In this document: positions 10,187 to 17,962 of the stretch, in pieces | Position numbering within the stretch: position 1 is the stretch's first letter | Layout: every line of letters begins with the position of its first letter | Source of the DNA: a virus | Virus record (IMG/VR): IMGVR_UViG_3300032242_000550 | Span: 32,001 to 96,000 of that record | Reading direction: 5' to 3' (one strand) | DNA: 64,000 nucleotides | Made by a program: the position numbers and the translations under genes | Notes under the pieces: generated by a model | The model's database searches: none | What the model was told of the DNA's origin: nothing | Seen by the model: the letters and a program-made list of their open reading frames with translations, nothing else

Positions 10187-10883
10187 CTTTTAATAACTTT
10201 TCTAAAAATTGTTTTACTTTTGGTGCATTAGATATTAAATTATAAGGGTCACCTGTTATTTGCTTTTGGTATCTAGGGTTAAATTTAACAGGAATTCCTA
10301 AATACTTCTCCAGGTCATCTATTGCGTGTTCGTATCGTATAGTGTCGTATTTAATGTTTAATTGAGATAACATCGTATTAAAAATACCTCGCTGTTTATA
10401 TAACCATTCTGCATTACCCGTACGAACAATTTCAAAAGATGAATCTATTGGGTGCGGTTGATTATTATCAAGAGTATTCCATTTATTTGTATGTAATGCT
10501 ATTAAAAAACTTAACAAATGATGTTCTACATTTTCTCTCTGTATAACAATAAATTTAAAATTTAAATCAGTAAGTCTTTTAACAATATCGGCTATATAGG
10601 GTTCCATTGAATCAACTAAAAACAATCTCATTACTAATGACTGATCCAATCTTGCCTCAGTTAATCGTTCAAATACGTATTTGATTCGTTCTTCATATGA
10701 GTCAAATTGAATGTTTACAGGGATGATGCGTTTATTTTCAGAGATACCAATTAACTTAATTAATGTTTTTTCAGTAAAGGGTTCAGCAAGATCAATAGAC
10801 CCTATCGTTTGCGAAATCATCCCTGCTATATATTGACTACCAGTTCTTGGCAAGCCCAATAAACAGTATCTATGTGTGCTCAT
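10164..10883 (-). CDS. Sulfotransferase-like protein (Stf0-like P-loop fold)
   Basis: GLPRTGSQY 5'-PSB-like loop, R.N....S 3'-PB-like motif and YE motif. Confidence 0.7.
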   Translation of the reverse strand: MSTHRYCLLGLPRTGSQYIAGMISQTIGSIDLAEPFTEKTLIKLIGISENKRIIPVNIQFDSYEERIKYVFERLTEARLDQSLVMRLFLVDSMEPYIADIVKRLTDLNFKFIVIQRENVEHHLLSFLIALHTNKWNTLDNNQPHPIDSSFEIVRTGNAEWLYKQRGIFNTMLSQLNIKYDTIRYEHAIDDLEKYLGIPVKFNPRYQKQITGDPYNLISNAPKVKQFLEKLLKDENNTDI

Positions 10884-11830
10884 GGTTCTTTAGTACTCAT
10901 TATGTCAAAGTTACAATGACACATTGTTTTATTACATATTACAGGAGTTTTAGGTACTATAAAATCTTCAAAGATATTGCCAATCTTGCCACCAACACGA
11001 CACCATCCACGGTATATGTCACCGCCCAAATCTACAATAATTTGTTCTGCACCGGCATAACACTTCCATCCACTCCAATCATTAGTCTTTTGACTAATAA
11101 ATCTATGTGCGCTAGATACAACTTCAGTGCCATCATTTTTAATCATCTTCATAGCACCACGATAATATTCAAATGATTTGGTATACTTAATATGTTTAAC
11201 AATCAATTCATGTTGTTTATCAAATATCTTCTTTTGAAACTCATCATAATCATACAATGTATCACCAAAGTCATGTATTAATGGTTGCAATGCCATACTG
11301 ATATTACCGATACCTTTAACTTTATTTGCTACAGCATAACAAAAGTCAAACTTATCTGGACTCATCATAATATTTACATGGGTACGTACATCATCATGTA
11401 ACACTTTTACTACCTGTACAAAATGATCCGAATCTGCAAATTCTGGATGAAAGCTTAAACATACGTGGTCAAAGTATTGTTTATTATCTTCCCACCAACG
11501 TAGTGTTCTACTACCGTTACTGATTAGTCCTACTTTGGCACCTAATTCAGTACAATGCTTACATATCTCTACAAAGTGTTTGTATAGTGTTACCTCACCA
11601 CCTGTTAATTCAAAATAGACTTTACGTGGGGCAACTTGTTCTACTATACGTGTAATAAACTCTTTAACTTTTTCTAGTTCAGGCCATTTAATATCACCTG
11701 AATGAAGATTCTCTGGACAATAACTACATTCAAAGTTACAAGTGTTACCCATACACCAATTGACTACAAACCATTCTTCATGTGTAGGGTTACTGTGTAC
11801 TAATTTAATATAATCGTGTTCCATTACCAT
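10880..11830 (-). CDS. Radical SAM protein with C-terminal SPASM/twitch-like domain
   Basis: CNFECSYC, TGGE and SNGSR motifs; C-terminal WKCYAG..C.VGG..CNK..CHC. True start may be 11824. Confidence 0.9.
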   Translation of the reverse strand: MVMEHDYIKLVHSNPTHEEWFVVNWCMGNTCNFECSYCPENLHSGDIKWPELEKVKEFITRIVEQVAPRKVYFELTGGEVTLYKHFVEICKHCTELGAKVGLISNGSRTLRWWEDNKQYFDHVCLSFHPEFADSDHFVQVVKVLHDDVRTHVNIMMSPDKFDFCYAVANKVKGIGNISMALQPLIHDFGDTLYDYDEFQKKIFDKQHELIVKHIKYTKSFEYYRGAMKMIKNDGTEVVSSAHRFISQKTNDWSGWKCYAGAEQIIVDLGGDIYRGWCRVGGKIGNIFEDFIVPKTPVICNKTMCHCNFDIMSTKEP

Positions 11831-12777
11831 CCTTCTATTTTTCGTATTACATCCATCTCTTTTACTAATGGACCGAGATTATATTTATCAGCACTATAAT
11901 GACGCTTGAAGAACTTGCTTTGACTTCCATCAAAGTAATTCATCGGTAATCCCAATTTGTTATTTAATGCCGCACCCAACAATGTTGATTCACGATCTGG
12001 ATCACGATTCTCATGTTCTTCCCATAATACAGTATAGTTATCAAACCACTGTACATTAGCAGGATCCCATTCGGTGAGCATAGTCATATATGTACCAAGT
12101 CGTGCACCATAGATAGCCCACTCACCATTCTCTACATCACGTCCAATATTGTGCCAAATAGTTAAGTTGTTTAGGTTACGACTAGCAACAGTTTCTTTTA
12201 ATGCATCAACAGTGGGTTTTGCACCACGGTCAAGTACCATTTTTACTCCTTCACGGAAGCCAGCTCGCCAGGCTTGAAAAGGAGTGTAATTTGGATATGT
12301 AGTTGAATAGCAATCATACATTGCCCAGTATAGATTATCCTTGCTATCTAAACAAAAATCAGCAATACGTGATACATCACCTTCTGTTTGATGTTCATGT
12401 GTTTTCATTTCACGCACATATGTTTTTGTCCAACTACTCATTCCACCATTGCCATAACGTAAGCCATTAATGTTGTTGATTGCTTTCCAACGATATTGTG
12501 CTAATTTATATTTAGGATCTTTATCGGTGAAATCTAATTGTAGGTTAAAGAAACTTTCATTTGGCATATTGTCACCATCAATTAATATGAAACGTTCTGT
12601 ATCACTTGCTATACCGGCGGCTTTATGTGCCGCATCGGATCCTTTAACACCATCAACACGTTTAGCCCACGGGACCATGTTCTTAATTTTTAGCCAGAAT
12701 TCTTCTTTTTGTGGTTCATCGTAACTGAGATAGATACAATCTAAATCTGCTACATCAACAATATCATCAGAGTTCAT
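11824..12777 (-). CDS. Putative glycosyltransferase (GT-A-like, DxD)
   Basis: LSYDEP..AKRVDGVKG..AHKAA..FILIDGDN; family common in T4-like jumbo phages. Confidence 0.55.
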   Translation of the reverse strand: MNSDDIVDVADLDCIYLSYDEPQKEEFWLKIKNMVPWAKRVDGVKGSDAAHKAAGIASDTERFILIDGDNMPNESFFNLQLDFTDKDPKYKLAQYRWKAINNINGLRYGNGGMSSWTKTYVREMKTHEHQTEGDVSRIADFCLDSKDNLYWAMYDCYSTTYPNYTPFQAWRAGFREGVKMVLDRGAKPTVDALKETVASRNLNNLTIWHNIGRDVENGEWAIYGARLGTYMTMLTEWDPANVQWFDNYTVLWEEHENRDPDRESTLLGAALNNKLGLPMNYFDGSQSKFFKRHYSADKYNLGPLVKEMDVIRKIEGW

Positions 12778-13093
12778 ATGTTACTAATTTCCATTTAGTT
12801 ATGTTATCGTAGGAACTATCTACCACTATGCTTAAATCTTCAGTAGCACAAGTTGTACCTTCAACATCAGGTATTAATTTAGATACAACTGAGCCTGCAA
12901 TTGCACCTGCTACTTTGCCGTCTATTACTACAACATCGGGGCGTCCTTGTGCATAAGTATCACTATCAATTACTACATACTTACCTGCAGGCTTCTCACA
13001 TGTGTAAAATAACACATTACCTTTATCATCGTAATATAACCTAAATTCAGGTTTAATGATAGGTGGTGCTTCCCAAATTATTACTTGTTCCAT
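12767..13093 (-). CDS. Hypothetical protein
   Basis: 108-aa ORF overlapping both neighbours in the operon. Confidence 0.7.
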   Translation of the reverse strand: MEQVIIWEAPPIIKPEFRLYYDDKGNVLFYTCEKPAGKYVVIDSDTYAQGRPDVVVIDGKVAGAIAGSVVSKLIPDVEGTTCATEDLSIVVDSSYDNITKWKLVTYEL

Positions 13094-13839
13094 AGATAAC
13101 TTTCTAGTAGTTTATCACTAAATGACTTAACATGATAGTGAAATGGATAAGATTGTGTATATGTATTAACTCTAATAGATTCTGGTAACAATTCATATAC
13201 CAATGTTTTAGTCCAATCTTCACTGGGTATACCATTAATATATTGTTTCATGTGAATCATACTCATCTCGGTAAAGTTTGGTAATGTAGTTTTTTCTATC
13301 CCTACAATATGACAAGCTATAGCATATACCCAATCAGTTGATACTTCTTCTTGTGGATTACATTTTAATATAGCTTTATACTCATCCCAGTGTTCAAAAA
13401 TATCTCTTACTACTGTGTAAAACAGTTTAGCTGTTTCTGATTTCTTAAAATAAGTTATACTATTGTATGTATCTGGTAGATTGTTTTCATCAATAAACTT
13501 ACGGTAAACTCTAGTATCTGATAATTCTCCCTTAAAGTTTCTAATATGTGTTGAAACTACTACATCATTAACATTTAATATATCCCACCAATGTTCAATA
13601 TTACGTGGGATAATCATATCTGCTTCTAGTTTAATTGTTTCATCATATGGGCTAGCCTCATATACTTGCCAATCATTAAAATATCCACCTAGATTACCAT
13701 ATGGTAACATATTACCGGTAAGTATACTTACATTGCTATTGGGCATAACTTTTTTGATACTTAATTCTAATGCTTTAGCGCAGTTAGTATAACTAACCTT
13801 GTCAGTATCTTGTGCTATAATTACGAAACCTCTAGTCAT
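13081..13839 (-). CDS. Putative GT-A glycosyltransferase-like protein (paralog of 13836-14639)
   Basis: YEASPYDETIKLEADM, D..YAIA and HMK motifs. Confidence 0.55.
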   Translation of the reverse strand: MTRGFVIIAQDTDKVSYTNCAKALELSIKKVMPNSNVSILTGNMLPYGNLGGYFNDWQVYEASPYDETIKLEADMIIPRNIEHWWDILNVNDVVVSTHIRNFKGELSDTRVYRKFIDENNLPDTYNSITYFKKSETAKLFYTVVRDIFEHWDEYKAILKCNPQEEVSTDWVYAIACHIVGIEKTTLPNFTEMSMIHMKQYINGIPSEDWTKTLVYELLPESIRVNTYTQSYPFHYHVKSFSDKLLESYLWNK

Positions 13840-14639
13840 GCTATTAGCTCCATAAAATTATCTTTATTCATAACATGAAAGTCCATATCTTTAATGGTGA
13901 TATATTCTTTACGTATTTTACCACGACGCCAATTATCATACATTACTGTATATTCTGTATTGAATTCATTGGTATTATTTCTGTAGATTGACGTATTTTT
14001 GCCCACATGTACTAAATTCCACGGGATAATATCCCTACTATTATCACTATGTCCATTTGCAATACGTAGTGCTAGTGTTAGTGCATAGTCATTACGATAT
14101 ACCCCACCTACAAAACTATGTATATTGCAATAATGGTCATAGTTTTTTTGAACCATTTCTAAACATTCAAATATTTGTTTGGCTCTTGATGTTTTCTTAA
14201 ATGCAACTACAGTAGCCCATAGTGTTTTAAAGCTATATGCACTTAATACTTCTTGTGCAACACCCGGTTGCATTAAGTAGCTGGTTGTGTCATGGCAACA
14301 GAAATCATCGTACAAGTTAAATGTATGTAGTAGCTTATCTGAGTTTACCATATAATCTGTATCTAACAATAGTGTTTCATCATATGGGCTATATTCATAT
14401 GCATGATATCTACCCTTATTAATCCAGATGTTATGTTCTCTTATATTATTTTTATCTGCGTTAGTAATTACAGTGTTATCAAATGTATAAGTGGATGTAA
14501 TTGGGATAGATTCAGTATCAGTAATTAGAGTTACCGGAAGATTTAAGAAATGGTTTATGCGTTTAGCCGTAGCAACTGCCATATTATAGTAATTGACCTT
14601 GGGTGAATTGAACGCAAATAATATTGCACCTTTAGTCAT
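13836..14639 (-). CDS. Putative GT-A glycosyltransferase-like protein
   Basis: YEYSPYDETLLLDTDY (DxD), RNDYAL and HVMNK motifs. Confidence 0.6.
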   Translation of the reverse strand: MTKGAILFAFNSPKVNYYNMAVATAKRINHFLNLPVTLITDTESIPITSTYTFDNTVITNADKNNIREHNIWINKGRYHAYEYSPYDETLLLDTDYMVNSDKLLHTFNLYDDFCCHDTTSYLMQPGVAQEVLSAYSFKTLWATVVAFKKTSRAKQIFECLEMVQKNYDHYCNIHSFVGGVYRNDYALTLALRIANGHSDNSRDIIPWNLVHVGKNTSIYRNNTNEFNTEYTVMYDNWRRGKIRKEYITIKDMDFHVMNKDNFMELIA

Positions 14640-14941
14640 CGTATTGTCTCAATCTCTTTCCATTCTTTATACCAATCAAGCATAACTTTGTTATATGTAT
14701 CTTTTATTACTGTCAGTAGTTGGTCACGATTAACATGTACTGGGTTATTAAAGTTGTCAATTAGTATTACAAAGTTATCGTCTATTGCGGACAAAAATGA
14801 AATAAGTTCAGGGCTAGCTTTCCAAAGTCCCCCTTGTTCAGCAATAATAAATTTGCCGTCGTATTTGTCTTTTAGTTGCGCTTTTGCGCTATTGTGATTG
14901 AAGCGGGCTTTAGCCTCGCTGATTAAGGTTTTAGTATCCAT
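14636..14941 (-). CDS. Hypothetical protein, first gene of the modification operon
   Basis: GGAG SD and CTAAATA late-type promoter upstream. Confidence 0.75.
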   Translation of the reverse strand: MDTKTLISEAKARFNHNSAKAQLKDKYDGKFIIAEQGGLWKASPELISFLSAIDDNFVILIDNFNNPVHVNRDQLLTVIKDTYNKVMLDWYKEWKEIETIR

Positions 14942-14957
14942 TAAACACTCCTAAAAG

Positions 14958-14964
14958 TATTTAG
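14958..14964 (-). promoter_or_regulatory. Late-type promoter CTAAATA
   Basis: Matches the recurrent NTAAATA motif found before structural genes in this window. Confidence 0.6.
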
Positions 14965-14989
14965 ACGGATACTATGTTGTTGAGAAAAA

Positions 14990-15940
14990 TTAACTACCTG
15001 ATACTGTACCACTAACAGTTGGTGTGCCCCAGCTGTTATTGATGTATGTAGTTTCGGGAGGACGTATCGTTACAGTAGTAGCAGAACCAGTTGATACTGT
15101 TAATCCGTTTGGAATTTCATCCCAAACAGTAGAAATTGTAATTACAGAACCAGTATCACCATTTGAACCTTGTGTTCCATTTGTTCTAACAAACATATTA
15201 ATATTAGTTGACAAGTAACCAGAAGGACCTGTACTAGCTGTTTGATAGAAAACATTTGCGTTACTTGTAGTCCAAGCAAAGTAACCGCTATTAGTACCTA
15301 TAGTAGGACTATTACCACCGCCACCAACTTTAGTAACACCGTTGTAGCTTGTTCCAGCTATAGATGCTGTACCACTAGTAGGTGAGCTTAATACAACTGT
15401 ACCAACATTACTTGCTAAGTTATTTAATAATAAGTCAATACCTGAACCAGCTGGGTGTGAACATGTAATTGCTAGTTGACCGCCTGCATTGAAGAAATAA
15501 CGTGCGGCATCACCACTACTAAAAGTAACAGTATGTGTAAAGGTAATAGCATTAAACCAAGTGCTACCATATGTAGCTGTATTTGCAGTTGTTCCACCTT
15601 GTGATACCGCGTTTAGTCTGTTATTATATATTGTTGTTAGATTTGTAACAACGTTAGCATTATATGTAATTACTCCGCCTGTAACAGGAGCAGATACGCT
15701 AGTAATACTTGAACTTTGATGACTGGCTGAGTTTGCTGTTTTATTTACAAGGCTAGCCCATTCAGTAGCGCCAATTGTAGCACCTACGGAAACAGTACCT
15801 ACTGCAGATTGACCATAGCCAGCTGATGTGCCACCAGTAGCCCAAACCGTGTTAAGTGTACCTGAACTAGTGTTTGGATTTGTTCCAACAAGTCCATTAT
15901 AATCGGATGCGTTTATTACTTGATATTGTGCGTAACTCAT
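14990..15940 (-). CDS. Virion structural protein (S/T/G-rich, tail/fibre associated)
   Basis: Composition; ARYFFNAGG motif; position in the tail module. Confidence 0.6.
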   Translation of the reverse strand: MSYAQYQVINASDYNGLVGTNPNTSSGTLNTVWATGGTSAGYGQSAVGTVSVGATIGATEWASLVNKTANSASHQSSSITSVSAPVTGGVITYNANVVTNLTTIYNNRLNAVSQGGTTANTATYGSTWFNAITFTHTVTFSSGDAARYFFNAGGQLAITCSHPAGSGIDLLLNNLASNVGTVVLSSPTSGTASIAGTSYNGVTKVGGGGNSPTIGTNSGYFAWTTSNANVFYQTASTGPSGYLSTNINMFVRTNGTQGSNGDTGSVITISTVWDEIPNGLTVSTGSATTVTIRPPETTYINNSWGTPTVSGTVSGS

Positions 15941-15943
15941 TTT

Positions 15944-17143
15944 TTATCCTTTAATTGAAACAAATGCTTCTACTGTTCCAACATTCTCTGTAGTTTTATT
16001 TGATAAAGCACGACCAATAGTATTAAATGATGTTGCCTCTCCAGGTCCTGCAGCACGTGCAATACCGTTACCTGCACTTACTAGTCGTTGTCCTTTACGA
16101 ACTTTACCTGTTACTTTAACTTGTACTCGCCCACCAACAGCGATTGGAGGATGAGTTTTATCATCTCCTGCACGTGCGTTCATTAAATAAGCCGCAGTAT
16201 TTGATACTACACCAAATACATCTTCACTTAATTCTTGTACTACCGCAGTAATTTCAGCATCACCACCTATTTCAACTACTGTACCTGCATCGTATTCCAT
16301 ATCTGCTTCAAAACGTTCTGCTAAGTCAGCATATGTTGCATTTAATCTTGCACCACTATCTAATGTCCAAGTGCCAGAAATATTTCCGCCACCAGCAATC
16401 GTTGCTGTTGTAATTTTTGTAGGAGCAATGTTTCCAGTAAATTGCCCAATGCCAGTACCAGTTAGATAATTATAAACATTACTATTAGTATATGTACCAG
16501 TTGGATTGAATGGTGAACCGTTAGCATAATAATAATTGTCTGTCTTTACACCTGTACTAAAAACAGCGTTACCATTTGCTACAACAAGACTATTTCCACT
16601 TAAACCACCTGTCAATGTCCATGTACCGTTTAAATTGCCTGGAGTAACGTTAGCACCAGTAGTGATATTTGCAGTGATAATAGAAGTAATGTTAGCTGTT
16701 GTTACATTTGCAGTACCAATGCTAGCGTTTGCAGTAACTGTTAATAGTCTAGTTGAAATTGAGTCTGCAATTGAGTTATTAGTAGCAGTAATGTTATTCG
16801 CTAATAGATTTCCTGTTAATGTAACATTACCAAAAGTTGTTGATCCAGATCCACCTGCGGCTGCTAATGTGATCCAAGAACTTGCTGTAGTAGTTCCGTC
16901 AGCTGGGCATACACATAGTGTACTAGAACTTATATTATACCATAATTGACCACGTAATGGATTAGCTGGTGGAACAGAATTTGCATAATTCTCTAGTTGA
17001 TGAACAAAGTTAGTATCAAGCGATTGACCATATCCGGCATAATTCCTGCCCGGTAAGCCCAGTGATGTACTTGTTGTGTTGATAGTACCGTCAGCAATGG
17101 TTGTTAGTACTGTTCCATCACTCTTTACAATCGTATATGCCAT
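15944..17143 (-). CDS. Tail fibre-like protein with C-terminal intramolecular chaperone/autocleavage domain
   Basis: N-terminal G.NY.GYG..L..N....LEN.A..P.NP..GQLWY; beta-helix-like ANIT repeats; C-terminal YADLAERFEAD..Y..GTVV.IGG..GRV.VKV.G. Confidence 0.7.
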   Translation of the reverse strand: MAYTIVKSDGTVLTTIADGTINTTSTSLGLPGRNYAGYGQSLDTNFVHQLENYANSVPPANPLRGQLWYNISSSTLCVCPADGTTTASSWITLAAAGGSGSTTFGNVTLTGNLLANNITATNNSIADSISTRLLTVTANASIGTANVTTANITSIITANITTGANVTPGNLNGTWTLTGGLSGNSLVVANGNAVFSTGVKTDNYYYANGSPFNPTGTYTNSNVYNYLTGTGIGQFTGNIAPTKITTATIAGGGNISGTWTLDSGARLNATYADLAERFEADMEYDAGTVVEIGGDAEITAVVQELSEDVFGVVSNTAAYLMNARAGDDKTHPPIAVGGRVQVKVTGKVRKGQRLVSAGNGIARAAGPGEATSFNTIGRALSNKTTENVGTVEAFVSIKG

Positions 17144-17174
17144 GTTAAATTACCCCAATATTCTCTTATTTATC

Positions 17175-17795
17175 TTAAATTGTCACTAAATTAGTCAAAC
17201 TTTGTATTCTAACAGTATAATCTATCTGGATCTGTCTGTTTAAACTCTTTTGAACTGGGTGAAAAATCACGTGAGTCAATAGTCTAGTAAGCACATTTCC
17301 ATTACTATCCGTTCCGTAATTTGCTAATAAACCCAATTCGTCAAAAATATATGCTGAATTAGTTTGTGTACTGTTATCAAATGCAGCCTGTCCTGATGGC
17401 TCACCGTAATCCAATAAGCATTGAACTAATATATCAGTATAAACCTTACCTGTAGTATGACTAACTGTCATTTTATTACGTGTAGGATCTAAGTTAAAAA
17501 CACTAGTATCATCAACGATTTTAGCGTATGTTTGATTGTATAATGCCGCATTCTGACCTGTAGTATTTGGGGGTAGATATGTGATTACACCTGTTTCATC
17601 TACGCTTGCACCACCGTTCCCAAATGCCATTTGATAGATTTCTCCATAACCACGACTGCTTAATGTGTCAGCAATGGCTTCACTCATGTTTTCGTAATTG
17701 ATAGCATTATGCTTATCAACTAAAACTTCTCCGCTATTAGGGTCATAAATCTTTAAAAACCCTTCTACTTTATATGATAGTGTTATTACTGACAT
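17175..17795 (-). CDS. Baseplate/fibre attachment structural protein
   Basis: MAFGNGG..FDELGL..LTHVIF.PV.KS.NR motif; location in the baseplate module. Confidence 0.55.
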   Translation of the reverse strand: MSVITLSYKVEGFLKIYDPNSGEVLVDKHNAINYENMSEAIADTLSSRGYGEIYQMAFGNGGASVDETGVITYLPPNTTGQNAALYNQTYAKIVDDTSVFNLDPTRNKMTVSHTTGKVYTDILVQCLLDYGEPSGQAAFDNSTQTNSAYIFDELGLLANYGTDSNGNVLTRLLTHVIFHPVQKSLNRQIQIDYTVRIQSLTNLVTI

Positions 17796-17947
17796 TAATT
17801 ATCGCCTCGTGTTTGAACCAAAACTTCTTTTGTGTTTGGATCAGTTATTTTTAAAAAAGATGAAAAATAAAAGCCACCATGCTCATTTGGTTTAGGACCA
17901 TATTCCTGTACAGGTTTAGCTTTATTTTCGTCTATATTATCACTCAT
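17795..17947 (-). CDS. Small 50-aa protein not in the ORF track (MSDNIDENKAKPVQEYGPKPNEHGGFYFSSFLKITDPNTKEVLVQTRGDN)
   Basis: Hand translation. GATAAATA late promoter 5 nt upstream; stop overlaps the next start (TAATG). Confidence 0.75.
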   Translation of the reverse strand: MSDNIDENKAKPVQEYGPKPNEHGGFYFSSFLKITDPNTKEVLVQTRGDN

Positions 17948-17962
17948 ATATTTATTTATCAT

